From assembly GCA_963780225.1 (NCBI GenBank), contig CAWAAX010000009.1, positions 64,001-128,000 of the forward strand: a stretch of 64,000 nt of DNA, read 5' to 3'. The position numbers and the translations under genes are program-made. This document shows, in pieces, positions 17,193-27,026 of the stretch; the first letter of the stretch is position 1, and the number at the start of each line of letters is the position of its first letter. The notes under the pieces were generated by a model. It had not been told where the DNA came from, did not search any database, and saw only the letters and a list, made by a program, of their open reading frames with translations. The stretch is from an uncultured bacterium (GTDB taxonomy: Bacteria; Edwardsbacteria; AC1; EtOH8).

Positions 17193-18524
17193 ATGGCACT
17201 CAACAAGGTTATTATTACGGGATTGGCGCTGCTGGCCGCCGCCAGCTTGGCCTCGGCCCAGACGGCCAGGAAGGCCAAGCCGGACACCACGGTCATTGAA
17301 TTGAAAAAACAGATGGAGCAACTGGCCTCGCAGGTATCCCTCCTGAATCAGGAGCTGAGCGCAGCCAAGGCCCAGATGAGCCAGAATGAAGGGGGAAGGA
17401 TCCAGGCGGTGGAAGAGACCGCTTCGTCAGCCCAGGACAAACTGGCCGGGATGGACGAGAGGATGCTGACCGCCGAAAGCTCCATAACGGGGCTGAGCAA
17501 GCTTAAGGTTTCGGGCTACCTCCAGACCAGGTTTGAATACTTCAAGAACATCAAGATCGACACCCTGCCCAACGCCGCGGACAAGGGCGCCGACTCCAGC
17601 TGGTTCTACGTCAGAAGGGGCCGGATCAAATTTGTCTACACGCCAAGCACTACTTCCCAGTACTGCATTTATCCGGATTTTTCCAAGAATACGGTCTCCC
17701 TGAAGGAGGCCTGGGTAGCCCTTTCCGAACCCTGGACCCCGATGGGCTTTAAGCTGACGGTGGGCCAGATGAACTGGCCGTTTGGAGTGGAGATCGAAAG
17801 GTCATCCTCGGTGCGGGAACTGCCGGAGCGCTCCACCGCCTCAGGTAAATTGTTCAAGGGCGAGCGCGACCGCGGCGTCAAGCTATCATTCACCCCGGTG
17901 CAGAAGGCTGGGTTGCTTTCCGCTTTGACGGTGGACCTGGGAGTTTACAACGGTTACGGCATAGACAACAGCACTTTCACCTGGAACGATCCCACCAAGC
18001 CCAAGGATTTCATCGCCCGGGCCAAGGCCGACCTGGGGGTGGTCAGCCTGACCGCTTCCTATTATGACGGCAATGAAAAATCCTCGGCCACCTCTGGCAA
18101 CTATTACAAGGGCCGGCTGGGCGGTTCGCTGGAAGCCTATTACCAGTTCCTGCCCTTCGGCGGAACGGCTTTGCTGGCCGAGGGCGTTCAAGGCATCCAG
18201 ACCGGGAAAAAGGTGCTGGGCGGATATGTGATGCTGGTCCAGAACATCGGGGACAAGTTCGGCCTGGCTTTCCGGGCCGACACCTACGATCCCAACACCT
18301 CTTCCGACACCACTCTCTTCGGCGGCACCGCGGATGACCTGAAGTTCGACCAGACCTCCAATCTCTCGCTGGGGATCAACTACTGGTGGGACGACGCGGT
18401 GCGCTTTACCCTGTCGGCCGACCGGACCCTGTACAACACCGATATGATGATAATGAACCAGCATCCCAAGTACAAGACCTACCAGACCGACAAGGTCACC
18501 GCCCAGATGCAGATCAAGTTCTAA
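17193..18524 (+). CDS. Phosphate-selective porin (OprO/OprP-like) with N-terminal coiled coil
   Basis: Signal peptide, KVSGYLQTRF, VRRGRIKF, PFGVE..SS..ERS, RDRG, C-terminal Phe; precedes pstS. Confidence 0.8.
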   Translation: MALNKVIITGLALLAAASLASAQTARKAKPDTTVIELKKQMEQLASQVSLLNQELSAAKAQMSQNEGGRIQAVEETASSAQDKLAGMDERMLTAESSITGLSKLKVSGYLQTRFEYFKNIKIDTLPNAADKGADSSWFYVRRGRIKFVYTPSTTSQYCIYPDFSKNTVSLKEAWVALSEPWTPMGFKLTVGQMNWPFGVEIERSSSVRELPERSTASGKLFKGERDRGVKLSFTPVQKAGLLSALTVDLGVYNGYGIDNSTFTWNDPTKPKDFIARAKADLGVVSLTASYYDGNEKSSATSGNYYKGRLGGSLEAYYQFLPFGGTALLAEGVQGIQTGKKVLGGYVMLVQNIGDKFGLAFRADTYDPNTSSDTTLFGGTADDLKFDQTSNLSLGINYWWDDAVRFTLSADRTLYNTDMMIMNQHPKYKTYQTDKVTAQMQIKF

Positions 18525-18552
18525 GAATAAAAAACATTAAGGAGAAATTAAA

Positions 18553-19380
18553 ATGACCAAAAAAATAATCATCATCACGGTGGTGGCATTGATCGCTGTA
18601 ATGGGAGGGGTGTCGCTGGCCGGGAAGGCCATTACCCTGAAGGGTTCCGACACCATGCTGCTGCTGGGCCAGCGCTGGGCTGAAGTTTACATGCAGAAAA
18701 ATCCCGGCACGGTGATCCAGGTCACCGGAGGCGGTTCGGGCGTGGGCATCGCCGCCCTGATCAACGGAGCCACCAGCATCTGCCAGGCTTCCCGCAGCAT
18801 GAAGGATTCGGAAAAGCAGAAACTGCGCGACCGCTACTTCAGCCTGGGATACGAGATCCCGGTGGCCAAGGACGGGGTGACATTGTATCTTAACGAGAAG
18901 AATTCCATCACTGAGCTGACCCTGGACCAGATCAAGGATATCTACACCGGGTACACCACCAACTGGTCCCAGCTGGGCGGGCCGGACGCCAAGATCATCG
19001 TCTACGGCCGCGAGAACAGCTCCGGCACCTACGTATTCTTCCGGGAAGTTGCCCTGAAGAACGCCGACTACACCTCCAGCATGCAATCCCTGCCCGGTAC
19101 CGCGGCGGTGGTAAATGCGGTGTCCAAGGATATCCACGGGATAGGATACGGCGGAGCCGCCTATGTCAAGGGCGTAAAGGAATTGGCCATCAAGACCGCC
19201 AAGGGCAGCTTTAAGCCCACCACCGAAACCGTCAAGAGCGGGCAGTATCCCCTGTCCCGGAACCTTTACTGGTATCTGCAGGGCAAGCCTTCCGGCGAGA
19301 TCAAGAAAATGGTGGACTGGGTGCTTTCCCCCGAAGGGCAGGAGATAGTGAAAAAAGTCGGGTATTTTACCATAAAATAA
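18553..19380 (+). CDS. pstS: Phosphate ABC transporter substrate-binding protein (non-lipoprotein)
   Basis: KGSDT, GGGSGVG, ASR, RENSSGT, YPLSRNL. Confidence 0.92.
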   Translation: MTKKIIIITVVALIAVMGGVSLAGKAITLKGSDTMLLLGQRWAEVYMQKNPGTVIQVTGGGSGVGIAALINGATSICQASRSMKDSEKQKLRDRYFSLGYEIPVAKDGVTLYLNEKNSITELTLDQIKDIYTGYTTNWSQLGGPDAKIIVYGRENSSGTYVFFREVALKNADYTSSMQSLPGTAAVVNAVSKDIHGIGYGGAAYVKGVKELAIKTAKGSFKPTTETVKSGQYPLSRNLYWYLQGKPSGEIKKMVDWVLSPEGQEIVKKVGYFTIK

Positions 19381-19467
19381 GCCGGTCAATGATATGAATG
19401 ACCAATCCAGGGGACTTTGGCTATTCCATTGTTCCCTGGATTTAGGCATTATCAAGGGGAAACATTT

Positions 19468-20394
19468 ATGAGCCTCCAGAAAAAAAGATTCAAATACCTC
19501 GGAGAGTCACTGATAGAGGGCAACATCAAGATCACCGCCATCCTGGCCATCATCGCGGTTTTCCTGATCTTCATCTTCATCCTGCGGGAGTCCCTGCCGA
19601 TATTCTTCAGCCGGGAGGTGATGCGGGAGATAACCTTCGGCAAATTCTTCAATGGGATAGAATGGCAGCCGGTGTCGGACAATCCCCGGTTCTCGCTTTG
19701 GCCGATAATCCTTGGCAGTTTAAAAGTAACGTTGATAGCCCTGGTTTTAGCGGTCCCGGCGGCTGTGGGGGCGGCCCTGTACAGTTCGGAGTTCGCCGGA
19801 CGCAGGCTGAAGGAGTTCATCAAGCCGACGGTGGAGTTGCTGGCCGGGATCCCCTCGGTGGTGCTGGGGTTCTTTGCCCTGATGATCATGGCCACCATTC
19901 TGAAAGACATCTTCGGCTGGACCTACCGCCTTAATGCCATCAATGCCGGCATCGCCCTGGGGTTCGCCATAATTCCGGCCATCTACTCCCTGGCCGAGGA
20001 CGCCCTTAACGCCGTACCCAAATCGTTCCGGGAGGCGGCCCTGGGACTGGGCGCTACTCCCTGGCAGACCGCGGTCAAAGTGGTGCTGCCGGCGGCCCTG
20101 CCCGGGGTCTCGGCGGCGGTGCTGTTCGGCATGGGCCGGGCGGTGGGAGAGACCATGGTGGTGCTGATGGCCGCCGGAAACGCCCCTTTGTTCTCCTTCA
20201 ATCCGATGGAATCCACCCGGACCATGACCGCCACCATAGCGGCCGAGCTGGGGGAGGTGGTCTTCGGCGGCGGTCATTATCACTCCCTTTTCTTCATCGG
20301 GCTGGTCTTGTTCCTGGTGACCTTCCTGATCAATCTGGTCTCCTGGGCATTGTTTGACGGATTGATGGCCAAATTGTATGGGGCCAGAAAGTAG
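19468..20394 (+). CDS. pstC: Phosphate ABC transporter permease PstC
   Basis: ELLAGIPSVVLG, REAALGLGA, RAVGETM; start moved to ATG 19468 after AAGGGGA. Confidence 0.92.
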   Translation: MSLQKKRFKYLGESLIEGNIKITAILAIIAVFLIFIFILRESLPIFFSREVMREITFGKFFNGIEWQPVSDNPRFSLWPIILGSLKVTLIALVLAVPAAVGAALYSSEFAGRRLKEFIKPTVELLAGIPSVVLGFFALMIMATILKDIFGWTYRLNAINAGIALGFAIIPAIYSLAEDALNAVPKSFREAALGLGATPWQTAVKVVLPAALPGVSAAVLFGMGRAVGETMVVLMAAGNAPLFSFNPMESTRTMTATIAAELGEVVFGGGHYHSLFFIGLVLFLVTFLINLVSWALFDGLMAKLYGARK

Positions 20395-20399
20395 CAGAT

Positions 20400-21314
20400 A
20401 TGACCAACAAAACAAGGTTAAGAAAGCTCGGGGACAATCTCAAGATCGGCCTGACCGGATCGGCGGTGCTGATGATCCTGGCCATTCTGGGGGTGATACT
20501 GGGAACGGTCATCATCGGCGGGTATAAAAGCATCAGCTGGGAGTTCTTAAGCCAGCCGCCGACCGAAGGCATGACCAAGGGAGGCATTTTCCCGGCCATC
20601 TTTGGAATGGTGTTCTCCCTGATGCTGATGCTGATAGCGGTGGTGCCGGTGGGAGTGGCCACCGCCGTTTACCTGCACGAATATGCCAGTCCCGGTTTCT
20701 TTTTAACCAAAATGATCCGCAGCGCGGTCAACAACCTGGCCGGGGTGCCGTCCATAGTCTTCGGCCTGTTCGGGCTGGGTTTCTTCATCCAGTTCATAGG
20801 CGGAGGACTGGACCGGACGCTGGGGCAGAGCGGCTTGTTCAGCCAGCCCTGCATCCTGTGGGCTTCGCTGACCCTGGCCCTGATGAACCTTCCGATCATC
20901 ATCGTGGCCACCGAGGAGGCCTTAAGGGCGGTGCCCCAGGCCGAAAGGGCCGGAGCCCTGGCTCTGGGGGCCACCAAATGGCAGACCATCCGGCATGTGG
21001 TGCTGCCCCAGGCAACTCCCGGCATACTGACCGGCGTGGTGCTGACCATCAGCCGGGGAGCGGGAGAGGTGGCTCCCATCATGTTCACCGGGGCGGCCTA
21101 TTACCTGCCTTACCTGCCAAAACTGCCCACCGATCAGTTCATGACCCTGGGTTACCACATCTTCGTGATGACCACCCAGTCTCCGGACATAGACGCCACC
21201 ATGCCGATCGCCATGGGGGCCACCCTGGTACTTTTAGCCCTGACTTTTTCACTGAACATCATCGCCATCGTCATCAGATCCCGCACCAGAAGACAGCTTA
21301 GCAAAGGAAGATAG
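20400..21314 (+). CDS. pstA: Phosphate ABC transporter permease PstA
   Basis: [39 protein letters not shown]. Confidence 0.92.
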   Translation: MTNKTRLRKLGDNLKIGLTGSAVLMILAILGVILGTVIIGGYKSISWEFLSQPPTEGMTKGGIFPAIFGMVFSLMLMLIAVVPVGVATAVYLHEYASPGFFLTKMIRSAVNNLAGVPSIVFGLFGLGFFIQFIGGGLDRTLGQSGLFSQPCILWASLTLALMNLPIIIVATEEALRAVPQAERAGALALGATKWQTIRHVVLPQATPGILTGVVLTISRGAGEVAPIMFTGAAYYLPYLPKLPTDQFMTLGYHIFVMTTQSPDIDATMPIAMGATLVLLALTFSLNIIAIVIRSRTRRQLSKGR

Positions 21315-21315
21315 A

Positions 21316-22083
21316 ATGGAAACAAGGGAAAATCGCTTGGAAATAATTGATTTCAGCCTCTACTACCACCGCACCAAGGCCCTGGAGGAAATCTCCATGG
21401 ACATTCCCGAGAAAAAAGTGACCGCCATCATCGGGCCGTCGGGCTGCGGCAAGTCCACCCTGCTGCGGTCCATCAACCGGATGAACGAGCTGATAGAGGG
21501 AGTGACGACCGAGGGGGAGATATTGCTGGACGGGAAAAACATCTATCACCGGAACATCGACGTGGTGGAACTGCGGCGCAAGGTGGGGATGGTCTTTCAG
21601 CGGCCCAACCCCTTTCCCAAGTCCATCTACGAGAACGTGGCTTTTGGACTGAGAATGGGCGGAAGCGGCTATTCCCCGGGAAAACTGGAGGAAGTCGTGG
21701 AGCGGTCGTTAAAAGAGGCGGCCATCTGGGACGAGGTCAAGGACCGGCTGCAGCGATCGGCCATGGAGCTTTCGGGGGGACAGCAGCAGAGGGTATGCAT
21801 CGCCAGGGCTTTGGCGGTGGAGCCGGAGGTCATATTGATGGACGAGCCGGCCTCGGCTTTGGATCCCATAGCCACTGCCAAGATAGAGGAACTGATCTTC
21901 AAGCTCAAGGAAAAGTACACCATCGTCATCGTGACCCATAACATGCAACAGGCAGCCCGGGTCTCGGACCAGACGGCATTCTTAATGCTGGGCAAGCTGA
22001 TAGAGCACGGAGACACAGCCACCATCTTCACCAACCCTAAAAACAAGACCACCGAGGAATACATCACCGGAAGATTCGGCTGA
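21316..22083 (+). CDS. pstB: Phosphate ABC transporter ATPase PstB (canonical)
   Basis: [46 protein letters not shown]. Confidence 0.95.
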   Translation: METRENRLEIIDFSLYYHRTKALEEISMDIPEKKVTAIIGPSGCGKSTLLRSINRMNELIEGVTTEGEILLDGKNIYHRNIDVVELRRKVGMVFQRPNPFPKSIYENVAFGLRMGGSGYSPGKLEEVVERSLKEAAIWDEVKDRLQRSAMELSGGQQQRVCIARALAVEPEVILMDEPASALDPIATAKIEELIFKLKEKYTIVIVTHNMQQAARVSDQTAFLMLGKLIEHGDTATIFTNPKNKTTEEYITGRFG

Positions 22084-22105
22084 TATCAAACAAAAAGGAG
22101 TACTG

Positions 22106-22561
22106 ATGAGAACATTAATGGTTCATTACACCCCGGACGAAGGCGGCGCTTCGATCGCCTCCCAAATTCAGCAAAAACTGTCATGCCGGTCAGAAGAAAT
22201 TACGGCCGCAAGAAAATTCACCCGTTTAAAAGAGCTATGGCATAAGGCAACGGGGACCAAACCGGAAATAATCCCTACTTTCAACAATCCCGGCAGTTAT
22301 GACCTGACGGTGATCTGTTTTTCAAAGCCGGGTAGAAGACTTCCGCTGCCGGTGTCGGCGTACATTCAAAAGCAGAGGGAGAGGTTCAAAAATACTTTTT
22401 ATCTGGCGATCTCAGAAATACTGGATGACAACAGCCAGGGGTTGGAGGAGTTTGTCCGGCTGACAGGATCAAGGCCTTTGGGAGCGGCGGAGATCAGCAA
22501 CCGGGATCCTATGTTGCAGCAGAAAATTGACGAACTGGCCGGGCAATTAAATGGTTATTAA
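22106..22561 (+). CDS. Flavodoxin-fold protein with degenerate FMN-binding loops
   Basis: MRTLMVHY..., EEI, P.SYDL, PV.AYI layout of long-chain-like flavodoxins, but no SxTGNT or GxPxW; AAGGAG RBS. Confidence 0.5.
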   Translation: MRTLMVHYTPDEGGASIASQIQQKLSCRSEEITAARKFTRLKELWHKATGTKPEIIPTFNNPGSYDLTVICFSKPGRRLPLPVSAYIQKQRERFKNTFYLAISEILDDNSQGLEEFVRLTGSRPLGAAEISNRDPMLQQKIDELAGQLNGY

Positions 22562-22601
22562 TGTTTTTTTTAGTAAAATTCTTTTAGGCGACAATAATCA
22601 T

Positions 22602-22629
22602 TTAACACGGATTTAACATTGAATTAACC
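22602..22629 (+). promoter_or_regulatory. Pho-box-like array upstream of the second pstS
   Basis: TTAACA, TTAACA, TTAACC at 22602, 22613, 22624 (11-bp period). Confidence 0.7.
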
Positions 22630-22698
22630 TGTGGTTCAAATGTGTTTTATATATTGGTAACAATCGTAAAACATATCATTTTAGGAGGCAGGAACCAC

Positions 22699-23490
22699 AT
22701 GAAGAAAAAAGCATTATATTTGCTGCTGGCAACGGCATGGGTATTCTCCGCCGGCTGCGGCAAGAACAAGCAAAGCATCACACTGGCCGGCTCCACCGCC
22801 TTCCAGCCGTTCGCCGAAAAACTGGCCGAGCAGTACATGACGGCCAATCCCGGTGCCTCAATCACCGTCCAGGGCGGGGGCTCGGCGGTGGGCATCCAGT
22901 CGGCCCTTTCCGGGGCGGCCCAGATAGGGATGGCCGACCTGGTGAACCTGCCCCCGGAAGCCAGGGAACTGAGCGCCACCATAGTGGCCCGGGACGGCAT
23001 TGCGGTGGTGATAAACCCGGCCAACAAAGTGAATGACCTTACCATTGACCAGCTCCGGGATATCTTCAACGGGAAGATCAAGAACTGGAAGGCGGTCGGA
23101 GGGGCAGACAAGGATATCACCGTGGTTTCGCGCGAAGCCGGCTCCGGCACCAGGACCTCGTTTGAAGAGATAGTGACCGGGATAGACCTAAGCGGGAACG
23201 CCCTGATCCAGGATTCCAACGGCACCATCCGGGAAACGGTGGCCAACGATGCCGGGGCCATCGGCTACCTTTCCCACGGGCTGCTGAACGAAAAGATCAA
23301 AGCAGTTCTTTTGGACGGCCAGGAATGCACCACCGAGAAGATCATGGCCCAGAAATACCTGCTGGTGCGCCCGATATTCCTTTTGACCAAGGCCCAGCCC
23401 GGTGCCGAGGTTCAAAGCTTGATAGATTACATCCTTTCTCCCGAGGGACAGCAGACCATCAAGCAGAACGGCCTGATCCCGGCCAAGTGA
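22699..23490 (+). CDS. pstS: Phosphate ABC transporter substrate-binding lipoprotein (second PstS)
   Basis: Lipobox FSAGC, AGSTA, QGGGSAVG, REAGSGTR; ATG after AGGAGG. Confidence 0.9.
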   Translation: MKKKALYLLLATAWVFSAGCGKNKQSITLAGSTAFQPFAEKLAEQYMTANPGASITVQGGGSAVGIQSALSGAAQIGMADLVNLPPEARELSATIVARDGIAVVINPANKVNDLTIDQLRDIFNGKIKNWKAVGGADKDITVVSREAGSGTRTSFEEIVTGIDLSGNALIQDSNGTIRETVANDAGAIGYLSHGLLNEKIKAVLLDGQECTTEKIMAQKYLLVRPIFLLTKAQPGAEVQSLIDYILSPEGQQTIKQNGLIPAK

Positions 23491-23502
23491 AACTATTTAC
23501 GG

Positions 23503-23537
23503 TATTCAGTATCCAGTATTCTGTATTCAGCATTCAG
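23503..23537. repeat. 7-bp tandem repeat (TATTCAG-like x5)
   Basis: tattcag tatccag tattctg tattcag cattcag; related run at 26927-26996. Confidence 0.7.
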
Positions 23538-23573
23538 TTATAGTATTGACAGCACTAAATCGCAAACGGAAAA

Positions 23574-24431
23574 ATGCCCGTTACCAGTGAAAAAATAATG
23601 CAGCGTCTGCTGCTGGTCGTGGCCTTTTCGGCCCTTTCGGCCCTGCTGCTGATAGCTGTATTCATCATCAGCCAGGGGCTTCCCTTCATCTTCAGATATG
23701 GGTTGAGGGAATTCCTGTTCTCTTCCGTTTGGAATCCCCAGGCCGGCAAGTTCGGCATCTTTCCCATGGTGATCTCCACCCTGTGGGTCACCCTGGGGGC
23801 CATGGCCATCGGGGCTCCGCTGGGGGTGGCCGGGGCGGTGTTCCTGACCGAGTTTGTGCCCCGTTCGGTGATGAGCGTCATCAAGCCGGCCATAGAACTG
23901 CTGGCCGGGATACCATCGGTGGTCTACGGCTTCATCGGGGTGATGGTGCTGGCCCCGCTGATCCGGGACCATCTGGGCGGGCCGGGGCTTTCGCTTTTGG
24001 CCGGCTCCATCATCCTGGGGATAATGATCCTGCCCACCATCATCAGCATCTCCATCGACTCCATCATGGCGGTGCCCAAAAGCTACCGGGAAGGGTCCCT
24101 GGCCCTGGGGGCCACGGTCTGGCAGACGGTGCGGATGGTGACCCTGCCGGCGGCCCGGTCCGGCATCGCGGCCAGCATCATCCTGGCCATGGGACGGGCC
24201 ATCGGCGAGACCATGGCGGTGATCATGGTCACCGGCAACTCCGTCAAGATCCCGGGCTCGGCCCTGGAGCCGGTGCGGACCCTGACCGCCAACATCGCCC
24301 TGGAGATGGGCTACGCCACCGGAATGCACCGCCAGGCCCTGTTCGCCACCGGGGTGGTGCTGTTCGTGGTGATCATGATCCTCAATTTCAGCGCCAGTTA
24401 TGTGATGAGGCAGAGAAAGGCCCGCCGATGA
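23574..24431 (+). CDS. pstC: Phosphate ABC transporter permease PstC (second)
   Basis: ELLAGIPSVVYG, REGSLALGA, RAIGETMAV. Confidence 0.92.
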   Translation: MPVTSEKIMQRLLLVVAFSALSALLLIAVFIISQGLPFIFRYGLREFLFSSVWNPQAGKFGIFPMVISTLWVTLGAMAIGAPLGVAGAVFLTEFVPRSVMSVIKPAIELLAGIPSVVYGFIGVMVLAPLIRDHLGGPGLSLLAGSIILGIMILPTIISISIDSIMAVPKSYREGSLALGATVWQTVRMVTLPAARSGIAASIILAMGRAIGETMAVIMVTGNSVKIPGSALEPVRTLTANIALEMGYATGMHRQALFATGVVLFVVIMILNFSASYVMRQRKARR

Positions 24432-25264
24432 AAATGAATCCCAAACATACCCAGAAGGCGGCGGTGGCGGTGCTGGGCTCGGCCACCCTGCTGACCCTGA
24501 CGGCGCTGGTGTTCATCATCGTCTTCGTGCTTCAGAAGGGCCTGCCGGTCTTAAGCTGGTCATTTCTGACCGGGGCTCCCCAGGACATGGGCCGGGCCGG
24601 TGGCATCTTTCCGGCCATAGCCGGCTCGGCGGCATTGACAGTGCTCTCCGTTCTTCTGGCCGCGCCGCTGGGGGTGGGCACGGCGGTCTACCTGACCGAG
24701 TACACCCGGGAGTCGCGCCTGACCGCGGTCATCCGCTTCGGAGCCGACTGCCTGGCCGGCATTCCCTCCATCATCTTCGGCCTGTTCGGCTTCATACTGT
24801 TCGTGACAATCCTCAAGATGGGCTGGTCGCTGCTGGCCGGGGGACTGACCCTGGCCCTGATGATCCTGCCCACCATCATCCGGACCACCGAGGAGGCCAT
24901 CAAGGCGGTGCCGCTTTCCTACCGCGAGGTCAGCTATTCTCTGGGGGCCACCCGCTGGCAGACGGTGTACAAGGTGATCCTGCCCAACGCCCTGCCCGGG
25001 ATCCTGACCGGCGTGATGCTGGGGGTGGGCAGGGCTTTGGGCGAGACGGCGGCCGTCATCTTCACCGCAGGGTCATCGCTAAGGATGCCGGCCTCGGTCT
25101 TCGATTCGGTCCGGACCATGGCGGTGCACTTCTACCTGCTGGCCCGGGAGGGCATCTCGGCCGAGAACGCCTACGGCACGGCGGCGGCCCTGATCATCGC
25201 TGTGCTCTCGGTGAACCTGCTGGCCTATTGGATGATGAACCGGATGGTAGCCAAGAGGACATAA
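24428..25264 (+). CDS. pstA: Phosphate ABC transporter permease PstA (second)
   Basis: ATGA overlap with pstC; GGIFPAI, LAGIPSIIFGLFG, RALGETA. Confidence 0.9.
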   Translation: MKMNPKHTQKAAVAVLGSATLLTLTALVFIIVFVLQKGLPVLSWSFLTGAPQDMGRAGGIFPAIAGSAALTVLSVLLAAPLGVGTAVYLTEYTRESRLTAVIRFGADCLAGIPSIIFGLFGFILFVTILKMGWSLLAGGLTLALMILPTIIRTTEEAIKAVPLSYREVSYSLGATRWQTVYKVILPNALPGILTGVMLGVGRALGETAAVIFTAGSSLRMPASVFDSVRTMAVHFYLLAREGISAENAYGTAAALIIAVLSVNLLAYWMMNRMVAKRT

Positions 25265-26020
25265 ATGCCAGTAAAAATATCGATAAATAAATTTTCGGTC
25301 CATTACGGTCCGGACCCGCTTCTCCAGGAGATAGACCTGGAGATCCAGAGCCATCAGATCCTGGGCGTGATCGGGCCGTCCGGCTCCGGCAAGACCACCT
25401 TTCTCCGCGCCCTGAACCGGATGAACGAACTGCAGCCCGGCTTTACCACCAAGGGCCGGATACTGATGGACGGGGAGGACATCTACGGCCGGGACTATGA
25501 CGCCGTCAGCCTGCGCAAAAAGGTGGGGATGGTCTTTGCCATGCCGGTGCCGCTGCCCATGAGCATCCACGAGAACATAATCTACGGCCCAAAACTTTCG
25601 GCCGGCCGGGGATGGAAGCATGACGAGGCGGTGGTGGAAAGTTCCTTGAAGTCCGCCTTTTTGTGGGACGAGGTCAAGGACCGTCTGAAATCACCGGCCT
25701 TAAGGCTTTCCGGCGGCCAGCAGCAGAGGCTGTGCCTGGCCAGGACCCTGGCCCTGGAGCCGGAGGTGATACTGCTGGACGAGCCCTGTTCCGGGCTGGA
25801 CCCAGTCTCCACCGCCAAGATCGAGGAGGCGTTGACCATCCTAAAGGAAAGATATACCGTGATACTGGTCACCAACAACACCAAGCAGGCGGCCCGGGTG
25901 GCCGACCGCACGGCCTTCTTCCTGATGGGGAAACTGGTGGAGGAGGGAGCCACCCAGCAGATATTCACCGCTCCCAAGGACAAGCGGACCAGCGACTACA
26001 TCACCGGAAGGTTCGGCTGA
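25265..26020 (+). CDS. pstB: PstB-family ATPase with degenerate Q-loop and H-loop
   Basis: [17 protein letters not shown] and ILLDEP intact; VFAMP replaces VFQxP and VTNN replaces VTHN; YITGRFG. Confidence 0.88.
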   Translation: MPVKISINKFSVHYGPDPLLQEIDLEIQSHQILGVIGPSGSGKTTFLRALNRMNELQPGFTTKGRILMDGEDIYGRDYDAVSLRKKVGMVFAMPVPLPMSIHENIIYGPKLSAGRGWKHDEAVVESSLKSAFLWDEVKDRLKSPALRLSGGQQQRLCLARTLALEPEVILLDEPCSGLDPVSTAKIEEALTILKERYTVILVTNNTKQAARVADRTAFFLMGKLVEEGATQQIFTAPKDKRTSDYITGRFG

Positions 26021-26047
26021 GGGCAATCAAGGGCACTAATTTATTTT

Positions 26048-26127
26048 GCCACAGAAGGCACAAAGATCACAAAAAACGTAAGCCAAAATTGTAAATTAAA
26101 TTTGTGTTTTATGTGCTTTATGTGGTT
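26048..26127. repeat. 9-bp-periodic CAC/GTG palindromic element
   Basis: gccacagaaggcacaaagatcacaaa...tttgtgttttatgtgctttatgtggt. Confidence 0.65.
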
Positions 26128-26140
26128 AATTCGGTAATAC

Positions 26141-26899
26141 GTGATGGAACAAAAAATTGAAATAAAGGATCTGGACCTTTTCTACGGCAGTTTTCAGGCG
26201 TTGAAGTCCGTAACCATGCCGGTCTATGACCGGCAGATCACGGCTTTGATCGGCCCTTCCGGCTGCGGGAAATCCACCCTGCTCCGTTCCCTGAACCGGA
26301 TGAACGACCTGATCTCCGAGGTCAGGATCAAGGGCCAGGCGCTGCTGGACGGGGTCAACATCTACGGCAGGAACACCGACGTGGAAGGCCTCCGGAAGAG
26401 GGTGGGAATGGTCTTTCAGCGGCCCAACCCATTCCCGCTTTCGATCTACGACAATGTGGTCTACGGCTTAAGGGTGGCCGGAGTGAACGACAAAACAGTT
26501 TTGGACCAGACGGCAGAAAAAAGCCTTAAGGCCGCCTGGCTGTGGGACCAGCTCAAGGACAAGCTTCATCAGCCGGCCATCTCCCTTCCCCTGGACCAGC
26601 AGCAGCGGCTGTGCCTGGCCCGCCTGCTGGCGGTGGAGCCGGAGGTGATCCTGATGGACGAGCCCTGCTCCTCCCTTGATCCCATCGCCACCGCCAAGGT
26701 GGAAGAGCTGATGCTGGAGATGAAGAAGGACTATACCATAGTCATTGTCACCCACAACATGCAGCAGGCGGCCCGGGTCTCGGATTTCTCGGGATACATG
26801 CTGCTGGGGCAGATGATTGAATTCGGGGAGACCAAGACCCTGTTCACCAACCCCTCGCAGAAACTTACCGAGGACTATATTACCGGCCGGTTCGGTTGA
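26141..26899 (+). CDS. pstB: PstB-family ATPase with degenerate ABC signature
   Basis: [22 protein letters not shown] and VTHN intact; signature reads LPLDQQQR; start GTG 26141 or ATG 26144. Confidence 0.88.
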   Translation: MMEQKIEIKDLDLFYGSFQALKSVTMPVYDRQITALIGPSGCGKSTLLRSLNRMNDLISEVRIKGQALLDGVNIYGRNTDVEGLRKRVGMVFQRPNPFPLSIYDNVVYGLRVAGVNDKTVLDQTAEKSLKAAWLWDQLKDKLHQPAISLPLDQQQRLCLARLLAVEPEVILMDEPCSSLDPIATAKVEELMLEMKKDYTIVIVTHNMQQAARVSDFSGYMLLGQMIEFGETKTLFTNPSQKLTEDYITGRFG

Positions 26900-27026
26900 T
26901 GGTGCAATGAACGGTGGACAATTATGTATCCACTATCCAGTATCCGGTATTCAGTAAATCAATTTAGTGTATAGTGGCTACTGATTACTGACTACTAAAA
27001 TAGCAAACGTATTTTGAGGTAAGAAA

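Noticed and set aside
23729..24427. N-terminal extension of the 511-aa ORF
   Set aside because: It overlaps pstC in another frame; PstA similarity starts at ATG 24428
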